DNA of 64,000 nt, taken from NCBI GenBank assembly GCA_944381075.1, contig CALWJT010000029.1, positions 4,767 through 68,766 of the forward strand. Reading direction: 5' to 3'. Numbering within the stretch: the stretch's first letter is position 1; each line of letters opens with the position of its first letter. The translations under genes and the position numbers were made by a program. Under the pieces are notes generated by a model. It made no database searches. It was not told where the DNA came from and was given only the letters and a program-made list of their open reading frames with translations. Below are positions 18,995 to 29,477 of this stretch, in pieces. The DNA comes from an uncultured Clostridia bacterium (GTDB taxonomy: Bacteria; Bacillota; Clostridia; Oscillospirales; CAG-272).

Positions 18995-21952
18995 TTATTC
19001 GATCCTTTTGCATTCCTCCGGCGCCTTGCAGAAAATTGCGATACGGCCATCGGTTCCCTTCTTCCACTCGACTTCGATCGGGCCATAGGGCGTCGGGACA
19101 CTTCCCTTTGCAAACATCAGTCCGCAGGTCTTCGGCGAGACGGTGAACTCCCGATAGCCCGGCTTCACCGGCTTGATGCCAAGTACTTCGGAGATCAAGA
19201 ATATGGCCGGAGACGCAGACCAAGCATGCGCGACGCTGCGTGTCCAGTTTTTCCCGCTGATAAAGTTTTCCACACAGGTCGTAAGTCCGAGAGAAAGGAA
19301 ATTTCCCCAATCGCGGCGCTGCGCCTTCAGCGCCAGAGAGTCCAATCCGAGCTTGTAAAGCGCGCTCAGAGCAAAAAAGAGGAAAAACGGCGAACCGATA
19401 TGCACGTACCCGTCCGGAGCCTCCGCCTCGGCGGGGATGCCGGGCGTCCGGTTTGCCGGCGTTCCCGCGACATAAATTCCCTTTTCGATGTTGTCGAGAA
19501 GAAACCTTGCCGCCCGCTCTTTTCTGTCCTCGGGGACGCAGTCATAGAGCAAAGCCATCGTATTGCTCTGCACACTGATCCTCGAGCAGGCGGCGAACGC
19601 ATCATACGGCATTTTGTCCATGCCCCGCTCCTCCATATAAGCGGCGTATCTTCGATAGGCATATTCATCGCGCACCGTATCCACATAGGCCCCTTGCTTC
19701 TCATCCCAGCAATACCGATTGACCGCCTCCCGATAGCGACAGGCAAGCTTTTCATAATGAGCGGACAGCGATTCCCTCCCTAAAACACGTGCAAGGGCAG
19801 CCGCCTTGACAAGGCAATAAGACAGCATCACATTGTTTGCCGTTACTTCTCCGTAGAATGAAAGATCGTTGTTGCCCCACTCGATCAAATTCCAAGCGCC
19901 CTGCATATCGAAGAGTCCTCTCTCATCCGTCATTTTTTCGCAGCGCTCAAAGGTCGCCTGAATCGCGGGGAACACATCTGCTATCAGACGGAAATCGCCC
20001 GTACAATCGAAATGATCGCATACCTGCAAGAACCACATAAAGGACCATATCGGAATACAGCCCTCCGGATAAGTCGGGAAACAGGCGCACGGCAAATACA
20101 TGCCGGCCTGATATCTCGGATTGTTCGTCCGGTAGACCCGGCACAGTCCCGGCTCTATCGATTCGGCAATGAGCCTTAGATACTGAGAGTCGAATTCAAA
20201 CGCTCCGAAATTTAAGAGATTCACAAGCCCTGTCACTCGGGCGTCTCCCGTCCAAGGATTCTGCTCATATCCGGGGCAATCGACATAAAGATCCAGCATG
20301 CAGACCTCGGCGGTCCGAATCGACATGTCGTAAACCTTGCACAGCACCTCATCCGAGCAGGAAAAGCTGCCGGAATGAACCAGATACCGTGTTTCCCGCA
20401 CGCGGATCCAGTCGATCGAGATCTCCCTTTTATTTCCGTATATATAGACGGCAAGATAACGAAAGCCGCGTCTTCTGCGCGAACGGAAGCATTGCTTTCC
20501 CTCTCTGCAAACATACCGCATCGTCTGAAAAGGCCCCATATACTGGATACCGCTGTCGGCAATCATTTCAAAAGCATGAATATCCAAAACGGTACCTTCC
20601 GGCGCATCCAGAGAGATCTCAAGCTGTCCTACCGTCTCGACGCCGAAATCCAAAACACAATACAGAATGCCTTCCTGCGCCAAAGCCTCCGCTTTTCCCG
20701 CTTCTGAAAAAAGCGTATCTGCATGAAGCAGGCCCGCGCTGCATTCGGAGGGCGCGGCAAAGCAGCTGGCTTTGACCCTTTCCTCGATCCATCCATCCTT
20801 GGGAAGCAAAAGACTGCGGGAAAGGATATCCAACATGACAGAATCCGGAAAGCTCGTTTGTATTTCCGACAATGCGGATCTGACGTCCTCCGGCAGTGCC
20901 TCAAAGCATTCCGCCGAAAGGATAGCGTCGATTTTTGCATCCGTCTGCGTTTTCCCCCGATACTCGTTCCACGGATAACGAATGGACGGCACCGATATCA
21001 GACAGCCTGAAAATGCGGCGCCGGAGTGAGCGGGAGAAGCCAAGAAAAGCGACGTCCGCGTTTGAATGGCAAGCTCGACCGCGCCCGAATATGCGACGGT
21101 AAGAAAATGCTCCCCGGAGGACAGCAGGACCGTATGTCCCGATTCGAGGAGAACACCGTCGAGCGAGACGCCGCGCCTTGCGCCGTCGATCACAAAAGCA
21201 AAGGATTCCTCCCTGTCCAGCGTAAACGCCGTCATGGCGCAGGTAACGCCTGCGCCAAGTGGGTTTAGATGAAAGCGATGTCCGCAGGGTTCTTCCGCCC
21301 TGGCAAGAACGGGAATTTTTACAGGATAGCGGGCTTCATACGTCTGTTCATGGATTTTGCTTTGATGAAATCTTTCATACGGCGGATGGAGCAACTCGCC
21401 CCCGATTTCTTCGCAGGTCCCCCACACGGTATCGTCAAAATCGATCTCGGCAAATCCTAACGGAATTTTATCCGCCGAAATCCGTTCCTCCGTCCCGCAG
21501 ATGAAATAGTCAGCTCCCGTATTGATGGATTCATCCCGTGTACAGCGCCAGGAATATGCGGCAGGATTGCTGGAAAGCAGGACATTTCCCTCCATCCCGC
21601 AAATTTCCAGCGCAAAACCGGCTCGGACCGGCTCTCCCGTATCGATATCGACGACTGCCGTCACATTTTTGCCAGTTACAAGATAAGGGGTGACGTCGAA
21701 CACCTCATAGGATTTATCAAAAATATAGGAACGCTCTGATATCGAAGCCGCGAAACGTCCGTTGATAAAGACCTCGCAATAGCCTGCGGACATGACGAGC
21801 AGGACCGCTCGGACAGGTTTTTCCCGGAGCGTGAAGGCGCCTCGGAACAGATTATGAGAATGGCGTTCGGCGCCCTTTTTTCGGATCCATCGCGCAGCGC
21901 CGCTGAAGGAATATGCCTCCAGCACTTTTTTTGCCGGTTCAATCGGACTCAT
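18995..21952 (-). CDS. Alpha-L-rhamnosidase-like glycoside hydrolase (GH78, RhaB-like)
   Basis: There are long collinear matches to what I recall of Bacillus RhaB: CREGKQ.F.S..RRGFRYL, GSFSCSD, DCPGYEQNPWTGD and HAWSASPA..L....LGIKP. I chose ATG 21952 (MSPIEP..., preceded by AAAGG). The track start at 22060 adds 36 poorly supported codons. Confidence 0.85.
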   Translation of the reverse strand: MSPIEPAKKVLEAYSFSGAARWIRKKGAERHSHNLFRGAFTLREKPVRAVLLVMSAGYCEVFINGRFAASISERSYIFDKSYEVFDVTPYLVTGKNVTAVVDIDTGEPVRAGFALEICGMEGNVLLSSNPAAYSWRCTRDESINTGADYFICGTEERISADKIPLGFAEIDFDDTVWGTCEEIGGELLHPPYERFHQSKIHEQTYEARYPVKIPVLARAEEPCGHRFHLNPLGAGVTCAMTAFTLDREESFAFVIDGARRGVSLDGVLLESGHTVLLSSGEHFLTVAYSGAVELAIQTRTSLFLASPAHSGAAFSGCLISVPSIRYPWNEYRGKTQTDAKIDAILSAECFEALPEDVRSALSEIQTSFPDSVMLDILSRSLLLPKDGWIEERVKASCFAAPSECSAGLLHADTLFSEAGKAEALAQEGILYCVLDFGVETVGQLEISLDAPEGTVLDIHAFEMIADSGIQYMGPFQTMRYVCREGKQCFRSRRRRGFRYLAVYIYGNKREISIDWIRVRETRYLVHSGSFSCSDEVLCKVYDMSIRTAEVCMLDLYVDCPGYEQNPWTGDARVTGLVNLLNFGAFEFDSQYLRLIAESIEPGLCRVYRTNNPRYQAGMYLPCACFPTYPEGCIPIWSFMWFLQVCDHFDCTGDFRLIADVFPAIQATFERCEKMTDERGLFDMQGAWNLIEWGNNDLSFYGEVTANNVMLSYCLVKAAALARVLGRESLSAHYEKLACRYREAVNRYCWDEKQGAYVDTVRDEYAYRRYAAYMEERGMDKMPYDAFAACSRISVQSNTMALLYDCVPEDRKERAARFLLDNIEKGIYVAGTPANRTPGIPAEAEAPDGYVHIGSPFFLFFALSALYKLGLDSLALKAQRRDWGNFLSLGLTTCVENFISGKNWTRSVAHAWSASPAIFLISEVLGIKPVKPGYREFTVSPKTCGLMFAKGSVPTPYGPIEVEWKKGTDGRIAIFCKAPEECKRIE

Positions 21953-22144
21953 ATGAAACCGCCTTTCTGCTATTTTTATCGTCGATGGAACAGCACATTC
22001 CATAGATCTCGTACCGGTCCATTCGTGTTTTTTCCAATTATACCATGAACGAAAACACAAATCAATCTTTTTTACTATCAGAAGGCGAAATATTTCTCCT
22101 TATGCAAAGGACCAAAAATCCACATAAAATTTGTAAAAATTTCA

Positions 22145-22173
22145 TTGATTTGTGAAAAACTCTGTGCTACAAT
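22145..22173 (+). promoter_or_regulatory. Sigma-A promoter of fucI
   Basis: TTGATT (22145-22150), a 17-nt spacer ending TGc, then TACAAT (22168-22173), 58 nt upstream of the ATG. Confidence 0.6.
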
Positions 22174-22231
22174 AAAAGCAAGTTCGGCGGAGAACCCCGC
22201 CGTAGATTATCATACTGTATGGAGGTAAATT

Positions 22232-24043
22232 ATGGCAGAAAACAGACTGATTGGAGATTATCCGGTCATTGGGATCCGGCCGACCATCGATGGCCGCCGC
22301 GGACCGCTGAAAGTCAGAGAATCCCTTGAGGATCAAACAATGGGGATGGCAAAAGCAGCAGCGAAGCTTATTTCGGAGAATCTCCGCTATTCCAACGGGG
22401 AACCCGTAAAAGTAATTATTGCAGACACGACCATCGGCCGTGTCGCGGAATCCGCTGCCTGCGCTGATAAATTCAAAAAGGCAGGCGTTGACATTACGCT
22501 TACCGTAACGCCCTGCTGGTGCTACGGTTCAGAGACCATGGACATGGATCCCATGACGATCAAAGGCGTTTGGGGCTTCAATGGGACAGAGCGTCCCGGC
22601 GCGGTCTATCTCGCGTCCGTGCTCGCGACCCACGCTCAAAAGGGGCTGCCTGCATTCGGCATCTACGGCCATGACGTGCAGAATCTCGACGAAACGACCG
22701 ACATCCCTGCCGATGTGCAGGAAAAGATCCTGCGCTTTGCGCGCGCAGCCGTCGCCGCCGCGACCATGCGCGGGAAATCCTATCTTCAGATCGGTTCTGT
22801 CACCATGGGGATCGGCGGCTCCATCATCAGTCCGGAATTCATCGAGGAATATCTCGGCATGCGCGTCGAATCGGTCGATGAGGTCGAGATCATCCGCCGC
22901 ATGACCGAGGAGATCTACGACAAAAAGGAATACGAGAAAGCGCTTGCGTGGGCGAAGAAATACTGCGTCGAGGGCTTTGACAAAAACCCGGAGAATATGC
23001 AGAAATCCCGCGAACGCAAGGATGCGGATTGGGAATTCGTCGTCAAGATGATGGTCATCATCAAGGACCTGATGAACGGCAACAAGAATCTTCCCACGGG
23101 CTGCGAGGAAGAAGCGGTCGGCCACAACGCCATCGCAGCCGGCTTCCAGGGACAGCGCCAGTGGACGGATTTCTATCCGAACTGCGACTTTCCGGAGGCA
23201 ATGCTCAACACGTCGTTCGACTGGAACGGCGCGCGTGAGCCGTATATCCTTGCCACCGAAAACGATACGCTCAACGGACTCGGCATGCTCTTCATGAAGC
23301 TGCTTACCAACCGCGCGCAGATGTTTGCGGACGTGCGCACCTATTGGAGTCCGGAAGCAGTCAAAAGAGCGACCGGCTATGACGTGACCGGTGTCGCCAA
23401 GGAAAACGGCGGCTTTATCCATCTTATCAATTCCGGCGCCTGCTGCCTTGACGCCAATGCAGCCGCTGTAGATGAAAACGGGAACCATCTGATGAAGGAA
23501 TGGTACAATGTCACCGAAGCCGACGAGAAAGCGATCATGGCCAATACCACATGGAATTATGCGGACCTCGGCTATTTCCGCGGCGGCGGCTATTCCTCCC
23601 GCTTCGTCACAAAAGCGGAAATGCCCGTCACAATGATCCGTTTGAATCTGGTCAAAGGTCTTGGCCCCGTTCTTCAGATCGCTGAGGGCTGGACTGTCAA
23701 CCTTCCCGACGAGGTGACGGATACGCTCTGGAAGCGTACCGACTACACATGGCCCTGCACGTGGTTCGCGCCGCGCTGCGACGGTAAGACCGGCAGCCCG
23801 TTCGCAACGGCTTATGATGTAATGAACAACTGGGGAGCCAATCACGGCGCGATCAGCTACGGTCATATCGGAGCGGATCTCATCACGCTTTGTTCCATCC
23901 TTCGTATTCCGGTCTGCATGCACAATGTGCCGGAGGAAAAGATCTTCCGTCCCGCCGCATGGAATGCGTTCGGCATGGATAAGGAAGGCCAGGACTACAG
24001 GGCTTGCGCAGCTTACGGTCCGATGTATAAAAATATTCGCTGA
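22232..24043 (+). CDS. fucI: L-fucose isomerase
   Basis: 603 aa. The N-terminus, [25 protein letters not shown]..., and the overall length are characteristic of FucI. GGAGG lies 7 nt upstream of the ATG. Confidence 0.93.
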   Translation: MAENRLIGDYPVIGIRPTIDGRRGPLKVRESLEDQTMGMAKAAAKLISENLRYSNGEPVKVIIADTTIGRVAESAACADKFKKAGVDITLTVTPCWCYGSETMDMDPMTIKGVWGFNGTERPGAVYLASVLATHAQKGLPAFGIYGHDVQNLDETTDIPADVQEKILRFARAAVAAATMRGKSYLQIGSVTMGIGGSIISPEFIEEYLGMRVESVDEVEIIRRMTEEIYDKKEYEKALAWAKKYCVEGFDKNPENMQKSRERKDADWEFVVKMMVIIKDLMNGNKNLPTGCEEEAVGHNAIAAGFQGQRQWTDFYPNCDFPEAMLNTSFDWNGAREPYILATENDTLNGLGMLFMKLLTNRAQMFADVRTYWSPEAVKRATGYDVTGVAKENGGFIHLINSGACCLDANAAAVDENGNHLMKEWYNVTEADEKAIMANTTWNYADLGYFRGGGYSSRFVTKAEMPVTMIRLNLVKGLGPVLQIAEGWTVNLPDEVTDTLWKRTDYTWPCTWFAPRCDGKTGSPFATAYDVMNNWGANHGAISYGHIGADLITLCSILRIPVCMHNVPEEKIFRPAAWNAFGMDKEGQDYRACAAYGPMYKNIR

Positions 24044-24048
24044 GAAAA

Positions 24049-24079
24049 AGAGGCAGGCTCGGAAGGGCCTGCCCCTTTT
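24049..24079 (+). terminator. Rho-independent terminator after fucI
   Basis: GGCAGGC (24052-24058) pairs with GCCTGCC (24067-24073), followed by CCTTTT. Confidence 0.7.
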
Positions 24080-24193
24080 AATATCAGCAGCAATATATCC
24101 AACTCTACCGTGGGCTTAGGGAGCAGAAACCGTCTGTGCGGCACTTCCGACCGACAAACGACAGAACAAAACGGTATCCCCATCAGGAAAAAC

Positions 24194-24224
24194 AAAAAAT
24201 GACCGCGGCAGCGGCCATTTTTTG
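24194..24224 (-). terminator. Terminator after proC
   Basis: The hairpin ATGACCGC-ggca-GCGGCCAT (one mismatch) is flanked by A6 and T6 runs, 11 nt beyond the proC stop. Confidence 0.6.
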
Positions 24225-24234
24225 AAAGCTTGCT

Positions 24235-25044
24235 TTACTTGCCCGCAAGCTCCAGCGTCCGTCTGTAAGAGGCTGTCACAGCCTCGGACACGATTCGGTC
24301 CAGCTCATTCTTTTCTAGGCTTTTTACCCCCTCGATGGTCGTTCCTCCGGGGCTGCATACCTGGATTCTCAGCGTTTCCGGATCTTCTCCGGTCATAAGA
24401 GCAAGCGCCGCAGAACCGAGCATGGCCTGCTCTGCATAAAGCCTTGATTTTTCCGGATCGAGTCCAAGAGTGACGCCCGCTTCTGCCATGGCCTTCATAA
24501 ACATGAACATAAAGGCGGGGCTGCAGCTGGAAATTACACTTGCCGCATCCAGATGGCTTTCGTCGATGCGGTCCAGTCTTCCGGCAAACGAAAGCACGTC
24601 GGTGAACACAGAAAGCTCCTCTTCTGTCACCAGCGAATTGGCTGTATAAAGGATCATCCCCTCTCCGGCAGAGACCGGCATATTGGGCATGATCCGAATG
24701 ACAGGAAGTTTTTTTCCGCCAAGGTCGGAAATCGTATCCATCGAAAGTCCCGCCGCCATTGTCACCAGCAGAAAACGGCTTTCCCTTTTTTGCAGAATCG
24801 GCCGGATCTCATCAAAAAGTCCCGCCATCATTTGAGGCTTAACCCCAAGAAAAATATATTGACAGGACTCGGCGACAGTCAAGCTGTCCGATGCCGTACA
24901 GCCGAGCGATTCCGCAAGCGTTTCTGCTTTGGACATCGCTTTGTCCGAAAGCAGCACCTTATCGGGGCCGGTTTTTTTGCAGACGGCGGCGGCCAGCGCG
25001 CCGCCCATATTTCCGGTCCCAATAAATCCGAATTGATATTCCAT
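24235..25044 (-). CDS. proC: Pyrroline-5-carboxylate reductase
   Basis: It has the Rossmann motif FGFIGTGNMGGALA and C-terminal SPGGTT. I chose ATG 25044 (MEYQFGF), which has GGGGGA 6 nt upstream. Confidence 0.9.
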   Translation of the reverse strand: MEYQFGFIGTGNMGGALAAAVCKKTGPDKVLLSDKAMSKAETLAESLGCTASDSLTVAESCQYIFLGVKPQMMAGLFDEIRPILQKRESRFLLVTMAAGLSMDTISDLGGKKLPVIRIMPNMPVSAGEGMILYTANSLVTEEELSVFTDVLSFAGRLDRIDESHLDAASVISSCSPAFMFMFMKAMAEAGVTLGLDPEKSRLYAEQAMLGSAALALMTGEDPETLRIQVCSPGGTTIEGVKSLEKNELDRIVSEAVTASYRRTLELAGK

Positions 25045-25061
25045 TATCGTTCCCCCATATT

Positions 25062-26318
25062 TCAACGAATTTGCCCATTCCCAATGATTCTGTACCGATA
25101 GGACGTCAGCTCATTCAAACCCATCGGCCCTCTTGCATGAAGCTTCTGCGTGGAGATCCCCATTTCACAGCCAAGTCCGAATTCTCCCCCATCCGTAAAG
25201 CGGGTAGAGGCGTTGACATAAACGGCGGCGCTGTCCACCAAGGACAGAAATACACTTTGTACCGCGGGATCCTCGGCGATAACAGCTTCGCTGTGCCCCG
25301 TCGAATGGCGCGCGATATGCGCCGCCGCCGCTTCGACATCGTCGACAACGGCGACGGCGAGAATATAGTCGAGAAATTCCGTATCAAAGTCCCCGCTGCC
25401 TGCCGGCGTGCCGGAAATGATTTTCAATGCACGGTCGTCCAAGCGAAGCTCCACCGGAATTTTTCCCTCCGCCCTTCTCTTATCCACAAGGCGCTCCTTG
25501 AGTCTCGGCAGGAATGCCTTTGCAGCATCCCGATGGACAAGGCAAACCTCTGCCGCATTGCAGACGGAAGGACGGCTGGTTTTCGCGTTTTCGACAATGG
25601 ATACTGCCATATCGAGATCTGCACTTCGATCCACGTAAATATGACAAATCCCGATCCCCGTTTCGATGCACGGGACCGTAGCATTTTCCACACACGAACG
25701 AATGAGTCCCGCACCCCCGCGCGGGATCAAAAGATCGACGAATCCGCGCGCGCGCATAAGCTCTGCCGCGCCCTCTCGGGAAATATCATCCAGGATGTTG
25801 ACAAATTCCCGCGGCAGACCGCAGGAATCCAGCCCTCGCTGCATTGCCTTCACAATCGCATGCGAGGAGGCGGCCGCCTCCTTTCCGCTGCGCAGGACAC
25901 AGACATTGCCGCTTTTCAGACAAAGCGCCGCCGCGTCCGAGGTCACATTCGGGCGGCTTTCATATATAATGGCGACAACGCCGAACGGAACAGACACCTT
26001 CTCGATGAGCAGCCCATTCGGACGCACCGTTCTGGAAAGGACCCTGCCGACAGGATCCGGCAATTCTGCGACCTCCCGCATCCCCTGTATCATAGAAAGG
26101 ATCCTGTCCTCGCTGAGCGCCAGACGGTCCAGCATGACCTCGGATATATGGCCGCGCGCACGCGCAAGATCGTCCCGATTGGCAGCGAGAACGGCATCCA
26201 TCGATTCCAGCAGAGCATCTGCCATCGCATGGAGCGCCCTGCTCTTTTCCTTTGTGTCAAGCATCGCAAGCTCAGCTTTTACGGATTTTGCCGCCTGTAA
26301 AATTTCAGATGTCGTCAT
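25062..26318 (-). CDS. proA: Gamma-glutamyl phosphate reductase
   Basis: 418 aa aldehyde-dehydrogenase-type ProA sequence (..IYESRPNVT.D, CNAAE, ASTRFTDG). Confidence 0.95.
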   Translation of the reverse strand: MTTSEILQAAKSVKAELAMLDTKEKSRALHAMADALLESMDAVLAANRDDLARARGHISEVMLDRLALSEDRILSMIQGMREVAELPDPVGRVLSRTVRPNGLLIEKVSVPFGVVAIIYESRPNVTSDAAALCLKSGNVCVLRSGKEAAASSHAIVKAMQRGLDSCGLPREFVNILDDISREGAAELMRARGFVDLLIPRGGAGLIRSCVENATVPCIETGIGICHIYVDRSADLDMAVSIVENAKTSRPSVCNAAEVCLVHRDAAKAFLPRLKERLVDKRRAEGKIPVELRLDDRALKIISGTPAGSGDFDTEFLDYILAVAVVDDVEAAAAHIARHSTGHSEAVIAEDPAVQSVFLSLVDSAAVYVNASTRFTDGGEFGLGCEMGISTQKLHARGPMGLNELTSYRYRIIGNGQIR

Positions 26319-26319
26319 C

Positions 26320-27090
26320 TTACCCTCTCTTTCCGAGGAATCGCGTGCCGACCGCTTCCCCGTCCGCGATGCGATACAGCACCGACGGCTGTGCCCCGTT
26401 GGCGATCACCATATCGATTCCGGCATTCATGGCGATTTCTGCCGCATGCAGCTTGGTCTTCATCCCGCCAGTGCCGAGTGCGGAGCCTTTTCCCTCGCCG
26501 AGCGCTATGATATCCGGCGTCAGCTCCCTCACAACAGGCAGCAGGCTCGCATCGGGATGCTTGTGGGGATCGCACGTATATAATCCGTCAATATCCGAAA
26601 GCAGAATCAAAAGATCCGCCTCCAAATTGGCCGCCACGATCGCCGCTAACGTATCGTTATCACCGATGACGATTTCATCGGTTGCAACCGTATCGTTTTC
26701 GTTGATGACCGGAAGTGCGCCGAGCTCGAGCAGGCGGAAAATGGTATTTCGGAAATTCTCGCAGCGCCGCTCATGCTCGATATCCTCCTTTGTGAGAAGG
26801 ATCTGGGCGACCGTGTGATTATATTCGCCGAACAGCTTGTCATACGTATACATCAGCTCGCACTGACCGACGGCAGCAGCCGCCTGCTTTCCCGGGATGT
26901 CAGCAGGCCTATTTTTCATTCCCAGCTTTCCGACGCCCATGCCGATTGCACCGGAAGAAATCAAAATCACTTCATTGCCGGCATTTTTGAGATCGCTCAT
27001 GACCCGGCAAAGCTCTTCTACCCGGCGGATATTCAAAAGTCCCGTTTCATAGGCAAGCGTAGAGGTTCCAATTTTTATCACAATTCTCAT
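26320..27090 (-). CDS. proB: Glutamate 5-kinase (short form without PUA domain)
   Basis: 256 aa. The product reads MRIVIKIGTSTL..., SSGAI, ENDTVA and LLSDIDGLY, an amino-acid kinase fold typical of ProB. Confidence 0.92.
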   Translation of the reverse strand: MRIVIKIGTSTLAYETGLLNIRRVEELCRVMSDLKNAGNEVILISSGAIGMGVGKLGMKNRPADIPGKQAAAAVGQCELMYTYDKLFGEYNHTVAQILLTKEDIEHERRCENFRNTIFRLLELGALPVINENDTVATDEIVIGDNDTLAAIVAANLEADLLILLSDIDGLYTCDPHKHPDASLLPVVRELTPDIIALGEGKGSALGTGGMKTKLHAAEIAMNAGIDMVIANGAQPSVLYRIADGEAVGTRFLGKRG

Positions 27091-27108
27091 GATTTTCCCT
27101 TTCCGAAG

Positions 27109-27804
27109 TTATAGCTCTTCGACAAATCGGATATATTCCAAACATCTCAAATCGTCGATAAGGCCGGGACGCTTGGAATGATCCTTGATCTCCAGGCTTA
27201 CGACCGCATTGGGGCCCTCGCCGACGTCGCCCTTTCCGATCTGCAGAACGGTAATCTTGTTTTGCTCCTCCCGCATCTTCTCCACGAATTTGGTCAGTCC
27301 CTTATTATCCGTAAATTCCAAATACAGGTCAAATACTTTAGCATGCCGGTGGACGACAACGTCCAATTTTCCAAGGATACGCAATGTAAAAATCAAAAGG
27401 ATCAGGGCGATCAGGACCCCTTCGACATAACCGACGCCGGCCGCCAGCCCTACGCAGGCACATACCCATAAGCTGGCCGCCGTCGTCAATCCTCGGACCT
27501 GATTGCGGCCGGTCACGATGATAGTCCCCACGCCAAGGAATCCGACGCCGCTTATCACCTGTGCCCCCATTCTGGAAATATCCAGATCGCCGCCGAACTT
27601 GACCATGAGATATTCGCTCGTAATCATGACGGCGGCAGCACCGACGCAGACCAGTACATGTGTCTTGATCCCGGCGCCGCGACGCTTGAGCTCCCTGTCG
27701 ATTCCAACGACAAGACCTACAATCAAAGCAAGGAAAAGCCGCATTGCCACCCCCAGCGTGCTCCAGCCGGCGGTGGTATCCACAATCCAATTCCAAACAA
27801 CCAT
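27109..27804 (-). CDS. MgtC/SapB family membrane protein
   Basis: 231 aa. The N-terminal 4-5 TM MgtC domain contains GIDRE...GAGIKTH and GLTTAASLW, followed by a soluble C-terminal domain. Confidence 0.85.
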   Translation of the reverse strand: MVVWNWIVDTTAGWSTLGVAMRLFLALIVGLVVGIDRELKRRGAGIKTHVLVCVGAAAVMITSEYLMVKFGGDLDISRMGAQVISGVGFLGVGTIIVTGRNQVRGLTTAASLWVCACVGLAAGVGYVEGVLIALILLIFTLRILGKLDVVVHRHAKVFDLYLEFTDNKGLTKFVEKMREEQNKITVLQIGKGDVGEGPNAVVSLEIKDHSKRPGLIDDLRCLEYIRFVEEL

Positions 27805-27819
27805 ATCTGTTTTCCTTTT

Positions 27820-28200
27820 TTATTCTTTCGGCAAAGCGCCCGCACGCGGGACATTTTTTGTGGCGATCACATCCGTCCCGGTACCGGCGCAATTCCGTAT
27901 CAGAACATCGCCGATTCTCACCGGTGCGCATACCGATGTCCTTTTGATTTCTTCCATACAGTCAAAAATCTTGTCCTTGGGAATATCATGCGCCGTTTTG
28001 ACGGAAACACGGGCGATATCCGCCCCAAGGACCCGAACAGTCGAGGTCACGACTCTCGTTGGATTCGTCACTTCCTTTTTCGCATAATCGGCACCGTGTT
28101 GGCAGGTATTTCCGGTCACCTCGATATGACCGTCTTCCATTATTACAGTAAGGGGACATCCCATCGGACACCCGATACAGATTAAATTTTTCGTCGTCAT
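27820..28200 (-). CDS. DUF1667 domain protein (small Cys-rich subunit of the flavoprotein trio)
   Basis: 126 aa. The N-terminus is MTTKNLICIGCPMGCPLTV....VTGNTCQHG..YA. It occupies the usual position after two FAD oxidoreductase genes. Confidence 0.85.
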   Translation of the reverse strand: MTTKNLICIGCPMGCPLTVIMEDGHIEVTGNTCQHGADYAKKEVTNPTRVVTSTVRVLGADIARVSVKTAHDIPKDKIFDCMEEIKRTSVCAPVRIGDVLIRNCAGTGTDVIATKNVPRAGALPKE

Positions 28201-28201
28201 T

Positions 28202-29464
28202 TTATTCTGCCTCCGTGCGGACTGTGATTTCCTTTAACGCCGGAAAGTCCGAAAAGCTTGACTTTTTCAAAATCACCTGCTCCATCTCGCCCGGAGCCAT
28301 GATTTTTTTCTTCCGGCGCATCACCTCGGTCCCGTCATAGCAAACAACGATCGCACGATCCCGATAGATGTCCGCCACACGGAACCTTACGGTCACCGCA
28401 TCCTTCATATTGTCAATGTCAAGGCTTTGCGGGACCGTGTACCGCACGCCGTTTTCTGCGTTTATTGTCACTTTATGCGGAACGCTCGTCTTCTGCTTCT
28501 GCAAATAAACCGCGGCACTTTCGCCGGCAAGCGCAGCCTCCTCGGAGACATGGTCCACAAGGTCATGGACATGAAGCACATTGCCGCAGGCAAACACGCC
28601 TTCTATGTCTGTTTGCAGGCGGTCATCCACCTGCGGACCGGAGGTCACGCGGCTCAAAGAGATCCCCATTCCTCGGGTCAGCTCATTTTCCGGGATCAGC
28701 CCAACAGAAAGCAGGAGCGTATCACAGTCATAGTGCTCTTCCGTCCCCGGAATCGGACGCCTTTGTTCGTCCACAGCGGCGATTGTAACGCCGGTCAGCC
28801 GCTCCTTTCCCTCAATACCGACGACCGTATGGCCAAGCTTCAGCGGAATGCCGTAATCATCAAGACACTGGACGATGTTGCGCTTAAGTCCTCCGGAATA
28901 TGGCATGATCTCCGCTACGACCTTGACCTTGGCCCCTTCCAGCGTCATGCGTCGTGCCATGATAAGACCGATATCACCGGACCCCAGGATCACCACCTCC
29001 CGGCCGACGCAGTACCCCTCGATATTCATAAGCCTCTGCGCGGTCCCTGCTGAGTAAATCCCTGCCGGACGGAAGCCGGGAATGTTCAGCGCGCCGCGCG
29101 GACGCTCGCGGCAGCCCATTGCAAGAATAATCGCCTTGGCCGCGATCCGGAAAAGCCCTTCTTCCGGATTGATGCAAAGCAGTTCCTTATCGCGGCTGAC
29201 CGAAAGCACCATCGTCCCAAGCTTATACGGGATACCGAGCGCATTCGCTTCGTCTATAAACCGTGCGGCATACTCCGGACCCGTCAGCTCCTCCTTGAAG
29301 GTATGCAGACCAAAGCCATTATGAATACATTGATTCAAAATACCGCCGAGCATCGAGTCGCGCTCCAAAATCAAGATGTCATCTGCTCCCGCTTTTTTGG
29401 CGGCGATCGCAGCGGCAAGTCCCGCAGGACCGCCTCCGATGATGACAATATCGCATTGCTTCAT
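28202..29464 (-). CDS. NAD(P)/FAD-dependent pyridine-nucleotide-disulfide-type oxidoreductase
   Basis: It has two dinucleotide-binding motifs (DIVIIGGGPAGLAAA and VVILGSGDIGL). I prefer ATG 29464 (GAGGTG 8 nt upstream) over the track's GTG at 29476. Confidence 0.85.
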   Translation of the reverse strand: MKQCDIVIIGGGPAGLAAAIAAKKAGADDILILERDSMLGGILNQCIHNGFGLHTFKEELTGPEYAARFIDEANALGIPYKLGTMVLSVSRDKELLCINPEEGLFRIAAKAIILAMGCRERPRGALNIPGFRPAGIYSAGTAQRLMNIEGYCVGREVVILGSGDIGLIMARRMTLEGAKVKVVAEIMPYSGGLKRNIVQCLDDYGIPLKLGHTVVGIEGKERLTGVTIAAVDEQRRPIPGTEEHYDCDTLLLSVGLIPENELTRGMGISLSRVTSGPQVDDRLQTDIEGVFACGNVLHVHDLVDHVSEEAALAGESAAVYLQKQKTSVPHKVTINAENGVRYTVPQSLDIDNMKDAVTVRFRVADIYRDRAIVVCYDGTEVMRRKKKIMAPGEMEQVILKKSSFSDFPALKEITVRTEAE

Positions 29465-29477
29465 GTTTTCTGCCACC

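Noticed and set aside
21953-22060. A 36-codon N-terminal extension of the GH78-like ORF.
   Set aside because: It has no RBS and no similarity to rhamnosidase N-termini. The internal ATG at 21952 has a Shine-Dalgarno-like AAAGG upstream.
25071-26300. A 409-aa plus-strand ORF covering almost all of proA. Similar long antisense ORFs occur at 22529..23923 (opposite fucI), 40265..41692 (opposite clpE), 47771..48772 (opposite the methyltransferase), 30883..31890 (opposite DUF1848), 32089..32862 and 32974..33906.
   Set aside because: Their products are Arg/Pro/Gly-rich and low-complexity, with no motifs and no RBS. Each lies exactly opposite a gene with unmistakable family motifs. They are typical shadow ORFs of GC-rich coding DNA.
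27108-27820. An M-box (Mg2+) riboswitch upstream of mgtC, or a T-box or leader upstream of proB.
   Set aside because: The gaps flanking mgtC, 27805-27819 upstream and 27091-27108 before proB, are only 15 and 18 nt. That is too short for any riboswitch or leader structure.
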